DNA from: Parcubacteria bacterium GBS-2
GTDB lineage: Bacteria > Patescibacteriota > Minisyncoccia > Minisyncoccales > GBS-2
Assembly (NCBI GenBank): GCA_001443025.1
Contig: LEKP01000003.1
Coordinates: forward strand, 86,652-150,651
Direction: 5' to 3'
Length of the DNA stretch: 64,000 nt
A program made the translations under genes and the position numbers. This document shows, one piece after another, positions 27,311-36,165 of this stretch; the stretch's first letter is position 1; each line of letters begins with the position of its first letter. Under the pieces are notes generated by a model, which made no database searches, was not told the origin of the DNA, and saw only the letters and a program-made list of their open reading frames with translations.

Positions 27311-27724
27311 TTATTTGCGAATTAAATAGGCCAAAAATAATCCTTTTCTGTAAAGAAAGAGACGGATACTAAAGAGAAAAAGAATAAGACTGGCTATAAA
27401 AAATATAATTGCTGTCACTGGTAAAGATTCAAGGATCGCCAAGCTAAAATCCTGCCAGAGAGTAAGAAAAATTCCAAAATCAGAAATTGCAGTAGAAACA
27501 AAATAGAGAATGCCAGAATTTTTCGCTTGAATTATTAAAACCTTAAAAGAAAGAGGTGTTGTAATAGTAGAGATAATCAAAAGAAACAAAAATCCAAACA
27601 ACAATCTTTTTGTTTTTTGCAGTTCCTGTTCTCTTTTGATCGCTAAAATAATCCGATCGAAAAGTCCCGGAGGTGGCTCCGGGCCTTGGAGTTCTTTAAA
27701 AGATTTTTTATAATCCTTTTCCAT
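27311..27724 (-). CDS. Small membrane protein, anti-sigma-factor-like architecture
   Basis: 137 aa. Short cytoplasmic N-terminus followed by TM segments. Context only. Confidence 0.4.
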   Translation of the reverse strand: MEKDYKKSFKELQGPEPPPGLFDRIILAIKREQELQKTKRLLFGFLFLLIISTITTPLSFKVLIIQAKNSGILYFVSTAISDFGIFLTLWQDFSLAILESLPVTAIIFFIASLILFLFSIRLFLYRKGLFLAYLIRK

Positions 27725-27731
27725 TTTTTAT

Positions 27732-28217
27732 TTAAAATCCAAACCAACCTCTACCAAAACCTTTCCAATGACCCCTGAAAATTCTTTTTTCTTCTTGATT
27801 TTCCAACCACTTTTTCATCGCTTCAAACCTTTTGTCTGCTTGTTCTTGAGTAATTATCTCTTTTTCAACTAATTTCTGGAGTTGATTTTTTAACTCTTCC
27901 AACCTCTTTTCTTTCATCCTTTTTTGAACATCCTCTTTGCTAATATTTTCTGCCTCCATCATCTCTTTTAGTGTTTTTCCTTCTGCCCAATAATTCTTTA
28001 CTTTCTCAACACTAATTTGTAAAAGATCCGCCCACTCCTCAAACATTTTCTTCATTCTATCTGCCCAATCGTCTAAATTTATTCTACCAAAACCCCATCC
28101 CCAAAAACCAAAACCTTTTGCCTCAACCGGATTTGCCATTAATATTCCAAGAGCCAGAACCGGTAAAATCATTGAGATTAAAAAATTCTTTAACATATTT
28201 TTTATTTTTCTCTTCAA
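27732..28217 (-). CDS. Secreted helical protein (DUF2680-like) with Gly/aromatic-rich ends; likely start at the internal ATG (MLKNF...)
   Basis: Signal peptide ...LGILMANPVEA. GFGFWGWGFGR and FRGHWKGFGRGWFGF termini. The ORF-track start is TTG. Confidence 0.45.
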   Translation of the reverse strand: MKRKIKNMLKNFLISMILPVLALGILMANPVEAKGFGFWGWGFGRINLDDWADRMKKMFEEWADLLQISVEKVKNYWAEGKTLKEMMEAENISKEDVQKRMKEKRLEELKNQLQKLVEKEIITQEQADKRFEAMKKWLENQEEKRIFRGHWKGFGRGWFGF

Positions 28218-28253
28218 AATTCAATCGACCTTTCTCTATATACTAATACGAAA

Positions 28254-28285
28254 AAGGGGTGCCTTTTGGTGCACCCCTTTTTGAA
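28254..28285. terminator. Bidirectional rho-independent terminator
   Basis: AAAAA-GGGGTGC-(8 nt)-GCACCCC-TTTTT. Confidence 0.6.
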
Positions 28286-28299
28286 AGCTTTTAATTTTT

Positions 28300-28677
28300 T
28301 TAACCACTTACCCAAATCAACCAAGCGCCCAAAAGAATACCTATGATTAGCAAAATTTTCATTAGCATTGCATTAGTTCCAATTTTTTCTGTCCATTTTT
28401 GAGCCAATTCTGTAAAGCCAATACCAATAATTCCTTTAATTAAAGCAATCCAGCCAAAAATAGTAATTAACACTCGCCAATCTTTCACCCAAAGATTGTG
28501 AAAAATTAAAGAAAACAAACCAAGTATCAAACTTAAATAACCAAAAACTATTACTGCATCTTTATTTTTTGCTAATTCAATCATCTCTTGCAAAGATTTC
28601 TTTCTTAAAAGATAAATCAAGCAAGAAATTACCATAAACCAACCCCAAAATTTTGCTAAAATAATGCTAATTTCCAT
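28300..28677 (-). CDS. Small integral membrane protein (about 4 TM)
   Basis: 125 aa, hydrophobic throughout. Confidence 0.5.
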   Translation of the reverse strand: MEISIILAKFWGWFMVISCLIYLLRKKSLQEMIELAKNKDAVIVFGYLSLILGLFSLIFHNLWVKDWRVLITIFGWIALIKGIIGIGFTELAQKWTEKIGTNAMLMKILLIIGILLGAWLIWVSG

Positions 28678-28759
28678 ATTTTGATTTTTTATTTAAAGCG
28701 ACCTTTTTCTGGCAACGTCAAACGTTGCCAGTTTATTTTTGTTTTAAAGATCGAGCTTT

Positions 28760-29650
28760 TTATTGTAGAACCTGAGAAAGACATTGATTGAATGAGTTCA
28801 CTTGAAAATTATATTGATCAATTAAATTTTTTGTTTCCTCAATTAGATTATTATATTTTAACACCAATTCATTGTATTGATCAATTTTTCGTAAAACTTC
28901 TTCTCTTTGCCATCTCCTTAATGTTCTGATTTCAGACCTCAAAATTGATAATTCTTTTTGAAGTTCTAAAATTTGCTTTTCATTTTCCTCGATTTTTTCT
29001 TTCAAAGATAAATCTGGCTTTTTACAAAAAGAAGAGGGCAAACCAAAATGTTGAACCGCAATCCAAACTTCCTTTCTTTCAAAAATTCCTTTTTTTACCG
29101 CAACTCCAATTTCTTGATATTTTTCATTCAAAATATTTTCTCTGTGACCTGGACTTTCCATCCAAGCCAAAACTAAATCTTCATCAGAAGAAAAATTTCC
29201 CATTGCTAAGTTTTCACCGATCAATAAAAAATCGTATCCGAATTTTTTTGCTAAATCTGAAACTCCTTCTCCAGAAGGTGAGTAATGAGAAAAATATTGA
29301 TTTTCAAACATATCTTCAACTTTCGCCAAAGCACTTTTGTTTAAAAGTTGATTTTCTTTTAAAGGCGCCAAGCCATACTTTTCTCTTTGTTTGTTTGTCC
29401 ATTCAATTATTCCTTCTTTGGTTAAAATTACTTCTGGCTTTTCTTCTCGAATAACTTTCAATGGAGGAGGGGAAATTTCTTTTTCTTCTTGGACAACTTC
29501 TGGAACTTTCGCCACTTCTTCAATTTTTTGAGGAAGGTTTTTAATTTCTGGAATTTGTAAAGTAAAAATTCCTCCTATTTTTGGCCAAAAATAAAAAATA
29601 AAAAAACCCAAAAGGGTTAAAAACAAAAGAGAAAATAAAAATTTCTTCAT
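28760..29650 (-). CDS. CAP/SCP (YkwD-like) domain protein with an N-terminal TM and a C-terminal coiled coil
   Basis: NQYFSHYSPSGEG..., AWMESPGHRENIL, EIGVAV. Confidence 0.75.
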   Translation of the reverse strand: MKKFLFSLLFLTLLGFFIFYFWPKIGGIFTLQIPEIKNLPQKIEEVAKVPEVVQEEKEISPPPLKVIREEKPEVILTKEGIIEWTNKQREKYGLAPLKENQLLNKSALAKVEDMFENQYFSHYSPSGEGVSDLAKKFGYDFLLIGENLAMGNFSSDEDLVLAWMESPGHRENILNEKYQEIGVAVKKGIFERKEVWIAVQHFGLPSSFCKKPDLSLKEKIEENEKQILELQKELSILRSEIRTLRRWQREEVLRKIDQYNELVLKYNNLIEETKNLIDQYNFQVNSFNQCLSQVLQ

Positions 29651-29657
29651 GAAAAAC

Positions 29658-30190
29658 TCATTTCGAAATTGATTTTTTCAATTTGGCAATTGCTCTTTTA
29701 TGTCTGCTTTTTACGGTATTTATTGGCTCTTCTAAAATTTCAGAAATTTCTCTAAAGTTTAAACCGAAATTATAGTGCAAATCAATTACTTGTCTCATTT
29801 TAAATGGAAGCTTTTCTATTTCTCTTTTTAATTTTTCAAACAAGCTTTCCTTTTCTAATTTTTCAAGTAAAGAAGGGTTGAAATCGACTATAATTTCTAA
29901 ATTATCTGCGTTCAAGATTAAATTTCTCTTTTTTCTTCTTAAGAAATCAAAGCAAGTATTTTTTGCGATGGTGAAAAGCCAATTTTCAAAATTTTTATCT
30001 TTTTTGAACTTTCTTAGTTTCTCCACATTTTCAAAAATGTTTCTTGAGTTAAATCTTCAGCATCTTGTTGGTTTTGAACATAGCTAAAAATGAAGCTATA
30101 GATTGGTTTTAAATATTTCAAAATTAAAAATTCTAAAGCTTTTTCATCCCCATTTAAATATTTCTCTATGAGTTTTTTATCTTCTTCCAT
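29658..30190 (-). pseudogene. ECF (sigma-70 family) sigma factor split by a 1-nt frameshift
   Basis: Frame 1 (30190-30014): MEEDKKLIEKYLNGDEKALEFLILKYLKPIYSFIFSYVQNQQDAEDLTQETFLKMWRN*. Frame 2 (30026-29658): (V)EKLRKFKKDKNFENWLFTIAKN...region 4 HTH. The joined reading ...FLKMWRNLRKF... is canonical region 2. Confidence 0.65.
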
Positions 30191-30214
30191 GATTGAATTT
30201 TATCACTTAATTTT

Positions 30215-31303
30215 TCAACCGCAAATTATTCCACCTCCTAAAACTTCCTCTCCTTTGTAAAAAACGACTGACTGGCCTGTAGTGATTGCCCTCTGTGGCT
30301 TTTCAAAAACAACTTTGTAGATTTTATTTTTGATATTTGCACATTTTTTCGAATGTGAAAATGCCGAACGAATAGTTGCTTCAGCAAAATCTGTTTTGTA
30401 GCGAATTTTTGCCTTAACCCTCAGTGGAAATTTTGGCTCATTTCCTGAAATCCAGTTTACATTTTTACAAAACAACTCCTTCTTTAAAAGATCTTTTTCG
30501 TTTTTTGTAACAATTAAAAGATTTCTCTTTAAATCTTTGCCAACTACCCACCATGGACCACTAGAAAGTCCAATTCCTTTTCTTTGACCTATTGTATAAA
30601 ACCAAAAACCACTATGCTCGCCCAAAACTTTTCCTTTTGTATCTACAATTTTCCCTGGTTTTTCCTTTAAATACCTTTTCAAAAAATCGTTAACCGTCCT
30701 TTCAATAAAGCAAATTTCGACTGATTTTTTTACTTTTAATACTGGCAATTTGAATTTTCTTGCCAAATTTTCAACTTCTTCTCTTGTATAATTTCCAATC
30801 GGAAATAAAATTCTTTTTAATTGCCTTTGATTTAGCATCCACAAAAAATAGCTTTGATCTTTTCTTTTGTCTTTAGCTCTTGAAATCGCGAATTTGTGGA
30901 AGTTTTCACGAATTTCTTTTTTCCTTACATAATGGCCAGTAGCGATAAAATCAACGTTAAACTTCATTGCTTTTTCCAACATTAAGCCAAATTTTATTTC
31001 TTTGTTGCAAAGAACGCAGGGGTTTGGGGTATTACCTGCTTTGTATTCTTTCAAAAAATAATCGATAATTCTCATTTTAAATTCTTTTTCTAAATCAAAA
31101 ACTAAAAAAGGAATTTTTAAAATTTTTGCAATTTTTTTTGCTCTCTCTTTCCCCTCTTTAAATCTTGCTAAGTTTGTCAATTTCATAAAAGCTCCAATTA
31201 CTTCAAATCCATCTCTCTTCAAAAGAGCAGCAGCTACTGAAGAATCAATTCCTCCAGACATTAAAACCAAAACTTTTTTCATATTTTTAAAAATCCAGAG
31301 CAA
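30215..31303 (-). CDS. mnmA: tRNA-specific 2-thiouridylase
   Basis: PP-loop VLMSGGIDSSVAA, NPCVLCN, ATGHY. Confidence 0.9.
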   Translation of the reverse strand: MLWIFKNMKKVLVLMSGGIDSSVAAALLKRDGFEVIGAFMKLTNLARFKEGKERAKKIAKILKIPFLVFDLEKEFKMRIIDYFLKEYKAGNTPNPCVLCNKEIKFGLMLEKAMKFNVDFIATGHYVRKKEIRENFHKFAISRAKDKRKDQSYFLWMLNQRQLKRILFPIGNYTREEVENLARKFKLPVLKVKKSVEICFIERTVNDFLKRYLKEKPGKIVDTKGKVLGEHSGFWFYTIGQRKGIGLSSGPWWVVGKDLKRNLLIVTKNEKDLLKKELFCKNVNWISGNEPKFPLRVKAKIRYKTDFAEATIRSAFSHSKKCANIKNKIYKVVFEKPQRAITTGQSVVFYKGEEVLGGGIICG

Positions 31304-32202
31304 ATTAGATCGATTGCCTCTTTTTCTGTTAATCCTCTCATTCTCAAGTAAGTCAATTGCTCTTCAGAAATTTTTCCGATTGAGGCTTCATGGGTAATTT
31401 GAGCTTCTTTCGTCTGGCAAATTAGAGCGGGAATTAAAGAAATTTTTGACTTTTTATCAACGATCAATCCCTGACAATCTAAATGTCCTTGAGATTTTGC
31501 GCTAGCTAAAATTGCACTGTTTATTATTATTCTCGAATTTTTCCTTGCCAATGCCCTCACTCTGAGTACTCCTTGAGAATTTTTTCCCTCGAGAAAAATA
31601 GCTTCTTCAACTTTTATTCTCGAATTTACTCCATTCAAAACTACATTCACTTGACAGGCTGCATTTTCTCTTAATCTTAGAGTCGTTTTTAATCTCAAAT
31701 TTTCAGGAGGCAACAGATTTTGATAATTGTAAATTACTTTTGAATTTTTCTCTAAGATAAACTCATAATCTGGATTTACAAAATCCTTCTCTCCCCATTT
31801 GTGAATATGGTTGTATTCCAGCAGGGCTCCTTCTTTTAGCAAAATTTTCCCTTTTGCAAAATGAGTTCCGTGTAAAAGTTTTTTTGCTGCATTGCAAAGA
31901 ACGTTGGCAATAACTTTTATTCCTCTTTCAACAATAAGTAAATTTTGAAGGTTTTGGGAAGTTTTTTTACTCGCAATAGTAATGCAAGTTGTCAAAGGAA
32001 AATCTGTTTTTTCTTTTACCCAAACAAAATATCCCTCTTTTGGTTTTTCTTTAAAAATTTCTCTTGCAATCTTATATTTCTCAAAAGCCTCAGATGAAGT
32101 TAAAATTTCAACTCCTTTTATGTTTAAAATTTGTAAGACTTTATGGTCTCTTTGCCAAAAATTAAATTTTCCTGAAGCATTCTTTGCACTTTTCATAGCC
32201 AT
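31279..32202 (-). CDS. sufD: SufB/SufD family Fe-S assembly protein (short, SufD-like)
   Basis: C-terminal THEASIGKISEEQLTYLRMRGLTEKEAIDLICSGF is typical of SufB/D. Confidence 0.7.
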   Translation of the reverse strand: MAMKSAKNASGKFNFWQRDHKVLQILNIKGVEILTSSEAFEKYKIAREIFKEKPKEGYFVWVKEKTDFPLTTCITIASKKTSQNLQNLLIVERGIKVIANVLCNAAKKLLHGTHFAKGKILLKEGALLEYNHIHKWGEKDFVNPDYEFILEKNSKVIYNYQNLLPPENLRLKTTLRLRENAACQVNVVLNGVNSRIKVEEAIFLEGKNSQGVLRVRALARKNSRIIINSAILASAKSQGHLDCQGLIVDKKSKISLIPALICQTKEAQITHEASIGKISEEQLTYLRMRGLTEKEAIDLICSGFLKI

Positions 32203-32875
32203 ATTTTTTAATCGTTTTCAGGACCTTTTCAAAATCTTTACTTTGACAAACGATTTTTCCATCTAGCATTACCGAAACTAAATTTGGCCTCAAATAATTT
32301 AAAATTTCTCCTGAATGAGTAATTAGTAAAATTGAAACTTTTTGTTTTAAAAATCTTTCTTTTATTATTTTGGCTACTTTTTCAACTTTTTTGATATCTA
32401 GCCCTGAATCTATTTCGTCCAAAATAGCCAATTTTGGTTTTAAAGCTAAAACTTGAATTAATTCTGATATTTTCTTTTCTCCCCCAGAGAAATCAACATT
32501 AATTTCTCTTTCTAAAAGATTCATTCCTTCTTCAATTTCGATTTTTTCTTTTGAGATTTTTTCTAATAATTTAGAAAACCTTACCCCTTTTATTGAAGGA
32601 GGGGTTTGCCAAGCTAGGGCAATCCCCATTTCTGCTCTTTTTTCTGGAGGTAACTTTGTAATATCCTTTCCTAAAAATAAAATTTTGCCTCCGCTTATTT
32701 TATACTTTGGATTTCCCATGATCACCTGAGCAAAAGTGCTTTTCCCTGAAGCATTGGAACCCAAAAGAGCTTGAATTTCCCCTTTTTTTATCTCGAAATT
32801 TACTCCTTTCAAAATTTCTTTCTTCTCTGCACTAATTCTCAAATTTTTTATCTTCAATATAATTTTCTGCACCAA
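32162..32875 (-). CDS. sufC: Fe-S cluster assembly ATPase SufC
   Basis: Walker A GSNASGKST, FSGGEKKISELIQ, LAILDEIDSGLD. Confidence 0.85.
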   Translation of the reverse strand: MVQKIILKIKNLRISAEKKEILKGVNFEIKKGEIQALLGSNASGKSTFAQVIMGNPKYKISGGKILFLGKDITKLPPEKRAEMGIALAWQTPPSIKGVRFSKLLEKISKEKIEIEEGMNLLEREINVDFSGGEKKISELIQVLALKPKLAILDEIDSGLDIKKVEKVAKIIKERFLKQKVSILLITHSGEILNYLRPNLVSVMLDGKIVCQSKDFEKVLKTIKKYGYEKCKECFRKI

Positions 32876-32940
32876 AATTATTTTATCAAATTAAAAAATT
32901 CCTGGAAAAACCAGTTTTAAATTTGGAGTGAATTAAAAAA

Positions 32941-33126
32941 TTATCCTTCTTCAATAGCCCCCACAGGGCATCCTTCTTTTGCTTCTTTTATACAATCTTT
33001 ATTTTTTTCAAAATTCGCTCCCTCTTTAACTTGAGATTTTCCATCTTCTCCTAATTCAAAAATTTCAGGACACACCGAAACACAATAACCACAACCTATG
33101 CATTTTTCTTTGTTTACTTTTACCAT
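32941..33126 (-). CDS. Small single-cluster ferredoxin
   Basis: 61 aa. CIGCGYCVSVCP ... CPVGAI. Confidence 0.8.
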   Translation of the reverse strand: MVKVNKEKCIGCGYCVSVCPEIFELGEDGKSQVKEGANFEKNKDCIKEAKEGCPVGAIEEG

Positions 33127-33131
33127 GACTT

Positions 33132-34214
33132 TTATTTTATTCGCTTTTTTGCAATTTCCATAGCGACCTTTCTAGGGTTTTCTTTTTTCTTGACGCTTTC
33201 TTTCACCACTAACCGAGTATTCTTTTTGATTTTTTCTTCAACTATTCTGAACATTGTTTTTTCACTATATCCTTTCCACTCACAATATGAAGAAATTACC
33301 CCTCCTGAATTGGCAACAAAATCAGGTAAAACAAACACTCCTTTTTTGAAAAATTCTTCTTCTATTTCTTCTCTCATTGGAATGTTTCCTCCTTCGATAA
33401 TGATTTTTGCTCTTATTTTATCTTTGTTTTGTTCATTAATGACATCTGTTACCGAGGCAGGTATTAGAATATCTACGTCTAAACCCCAAAAATCTTCTGG
33501 TTGAATTCTCTCTCCTTTTGGACATTCTTTCAAAGGTAAAGGTTTTCCTTTCTTTATCATTTTTGCTATTACGTTGTGGTCAAATCCATCTCTTTCATAA
33601 ATAGTGGCGCTCAAGTCAGCCAAAGCCACTATCTTAGCTCCCATTTTTGAAAGAAAATAACATGCAAAGTATCCAACGTTACCGAACCCATGGATAGAAA
33701 TTTTTGCTTTTTTAATATCCAGACCTAATTCTTCACAAACTACTTTGGTGGCTATTGCTACTCCAAAACCAGTACTTCCTAATTCATGAGGAAGTCCTTT
33801 TAATCTTTTAGGCTTTCCTGTTGCGGTTTTTAAGTTTCCGGTTATTCTAACGAACCACTCCATTTCTCTCTCTCCAGTGTTCACATCAGGACCTGCAATA
33901 TAGTATTTTGGGCAAAAAGGAGCAATTTTTTTGGCAAAGGATTGAACGAATTTTTTCTTCAACTCATCGGATCCTCCAGGCCAAACAATCCCAGCTTTAG
34001 CCCCCCCAAAAGGAAGATCAACCATTGCGTTTTTAAAGGTCATTGCTCTAGCTAACCGAAAAACCTCTTCAAGGGTAACGGTTTTTGTCATTCTAATACC
34101 TCCCTTTCCTGGACCTCTTCTTAAATTATCTATGACTAAAAACCCCTGCATCCCAATTTTAGGATCATAAACCTCAATTAGATATTCTGGACCGATTGAA
34201 TCTTTTTGGATCAT
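33132..34214 (-). CDS. Glu/Leu/Phe/Val dehydrogenase family enzyme
   Basis: GPGKGGIRM catalytic-Lys motif. GFGNVG Rossmann motif. Confidence 0.8.
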   Translation of the reverse strand: MIQKDSIGPEYLIEVYDPKIGMQGFLVIDNLRRGPGKGGIRMTKTVTLEEVFRLARAMTFKNAMVDLPFGGAKAGIVWPGGSDELKKKFVQSFAKKIAPFCPKYYIAGPDVNTGEREMEWFVRITGNLKTATGKPKRLKGLPHELGSTGFGVAIATKVVCEELGLDIKKAKISIHGFGNVGYFACYFLSKMGAKIVALADLSATIYERDGFDHNVIAKMIKKGKPLPLKECPKGERIQPEDFWGLDVDILIPASVTDVINEQNKDKIRAKIIIEGGNIPMREEIEEEFFKKGVFVLPDFVANSGGVISSYCEWKGYSEKTMFRIVEEKIKKNTRLVVKESVKKKENPRKVAMEIAKKRIK

Positions 34215-34255
34215 GTATTTTAATTTTTTGTAGTTTATAAAAACCTTTCAACAAT

Positions 34256-35455
34256 TTAACAAACTGTAAATTTTCCCTTTACAATATCCATTTGAATTTT
34301 TCGCAAATTATTCAACTTTTCATCAACTATTTCATAAATCTTATCTTTTATTTGATTGAAATTTTTAGCAATCACTTTTGCACTGACAACTTGAGGTTGA
34401 TCCAAAGGTTTCCCAATTTGACTTAAAATCCTTACTGAACATTCTTTGACTCCTGAAATTTTGCCGACTTCTTGCGCAATCAAGTGAGCCAAAATTTGAT
34501 AAAGTTTTCCAGGGTGGTTAATATTTTTTCCAGCTGGAGCCTCCAAAGACATTTCACGACAAGGAGTAATCAATCCTGACACTCTGTTTCCTCTTCCAAC
34601 TTGTCCATCATCTCCTTGTTCTGCAGAAAGGCCCAAAACTGTAAGATAAATTTCGCCTTCTTCTTTTGCATTAGGATTGTCTAAAGTGTTGTGCTCTATT
34701 TTTATTTTTTTGAAATTTGAAATTTTACTCACATACTTTTCAATTTCCTTTTTCACAATTTCTCTTTTTTCAAAATAATCTTTTGGATTTTTTATATATT
34801 TGTCAATGTAAGCTCCAGGAATTGTCAAAATTATTTCATCCTTTTCTCTCAAAGTCATAACCTTAATATCTGTTCCAAAAAAGGGGTATTTTTTCAAAAA
34901 TTTGGGTGAGTTTAAAAAATTGGCTACTTTTAAAGTTAAAATCTCTGCTCTTGAATAAGGACCGTAACCAATTCCAAAGGAAGTATCGTTAGCTAAGGCA
35001 ATTTCTTTACTTCTTTTGAAGACTTCTTGTAAGTTTGCTGCTCCTGGTTTGTAATCGATAAAAATTTCAAAGTTTTGGGTGATGTTTTTTGATAAACTAA
35101 CAATTCCCTTTAAGCGCTCTTTGATTGCTTTTTCTGCGATTTTTTTAACAGGAATTTTTAGCTTTCCTACCCTATCAGTTGCCCTTCCTGCGACAATAAT
35201 TTTTATTTTTTCTAAAATTTTCCCTCCTCCAAATTTTGGCTGAGATCTCCCTGCAACCAAAAGCCCTTTGTCTAAATTGTGGTGTAAAACTTTTCCAAAC
35301 TTTCTCACATAATATTGACTTAAAGCACAAGAAACTGATTCGCAAACTAAATCACAAATTGTATCTGGATGACCAATCCCTTTCCTTTCCACAATTTCAA
35401 TCTCTCTTTCTTCAATTGGTAGAAAATCGCCTTTTTCAACAACGATATTCCTCAT
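34256..35455 (-). CDS. Archaeal-type S-adenosylmethionine synthetase
   Basis: 399 aa. MRNIVVE...EIVERKGIGHPDTICD...VLHHNLDK, as in archaeal MAT and unlike bacterial MetK. Confidence 0.8.
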   Translation of the reverse strand: MRNIVVEKGDFLPIEEREIEIVERKGIGHPDTICDLVCESVSCALSQYYVRKFGKVLHHNLDKGLLVAGRSQPKFGGGKILEKIKIIVAGRATDRVGKLKIPVKKIAEKAIKERLKGIVSLSKNITQNFEIFIDYKPGAANLQEVFKRSKEIALANDTSFGIGYGPYSRAEILTLKVANFLNSPKFLKKYPFFGTDIKVMTLREKDEIILTIPGAYIDKYIKNPKDYFEKREIVKKEIEKYVSKISNFKKIKIEHNTLDNPNAKEEGEIYLTVLGLSAEQGDDGQVGRGNRVSGLITPCREMSLEAPAGKNINHPGKLYQILAHLIAQEVGKISGVKECSVRILSQIGKPLDQPQVVSAKVIAKNFNQIKDKIYEIVDEKLNNLRKIQMDIVKGKFTVC

Positions 35456-36165
35456 AAATATTTTCGGTATTTTATATTTGTGAACTCTTGACCTTCTTTA
35501 ACAATTTCCTCAACCTCTTTTTCTTTAAACGGAGTAAAAGTTTTTCTAGAAATCGTGCTGTTTTTTTGATAGTTTTGCAAATAATAAATTTTTGCTTCTT
35601 GAATTTCTTTGCAAATTTCTAAAATGTCTTCTTTTTTGTGAAATTCTTTCATTACTGTCGTTCTAAGTTCGTAATCGACTTTGCCCGAAAGTAAAATTTT
35701 AACAGATTTTTTAATGTTTTCAAACATTCTTTTTGTCAAAATTCCTCCAGTAATCTCTTTGTATTTTTTAAAATTGTCCAATCTGTGCTTAATATCCATT
35801 GCTACATAATCTACCAACTTTTTATCAATCAAATATTTTAACATTTTTGGGTTGGTTCCATTAGTTTCTAGCTCGACTAAATATCCCAACTTTTTTATTT
35901 TTTTTATAAAATCTGGAAGATCTTCATTAATCGTCGGTTCCCCTCCAGAAATTGCTACCGCTTCCAAAAAATTCTTTCTTTCTTTCAAAAAAGAAAAAAT
36001 TTCTCGCTGAGGAATTTCTTTTTGATTCTCAATTTTCTCTGGCAAAACTAAATGGGGTACATAACAGAAACAACAACGAAGATTGCACCCTCCTAAAAAA
36101 ACTACGGCAGAAATTCTGCCAGGATATTCAATCAGGCTTTGCTTTTGAAGTCCTAAAATTTTCAT
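35452..36165 (-). CDS. nrdG: Anaerobic ribonucleotide reductase activating radical-SAM protein
   Basis: CNLRCCFC (Cx3Cx2C), GGEPT. 4-nt overlap with nrdD. Confidence 0.85.
   Translation of the reverse strand: MKILGLQKQSLIEYPGRISAVVFLGGCNLRCCFCYVPHLVLPEKIENQKEIPQREIFSFLKERKNFLEAVAISGGEPTINEDLPDFIKKIKKLGYLVELETNGTNPKMLKYLIDKKLVDYVAMDIKHRLDNFKKYKEITGGILTKRMFENIKKSVKILLSGKVDYELRTTVMKEFHKKEDILEICKEIQEAKIYYLQNYQKNSTISRKTFTPFKEKEVEEIVKEGQEFTNIKYRKYL

Noticed and set aside
28709-28731. 10-bp hairpin CTGGCAACGT-CAA-ACGTTGCCAG as a terminator of the CAP-domain gene
   Set aside because: The T tract follows the hairpin only on the plus strand, where nothing is transcribed toward it. It is kept only as a possible regulatory hairpin next to an AAAGGTCG box.
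30010-30030. Programmed -1 ribosomal frameshift in the ECF sigma gene
   Set aside because: The sequence G AGA AAC TAA is not an X XXY YYZ slippery heptamer. A mutation or sequencing error is more likely.
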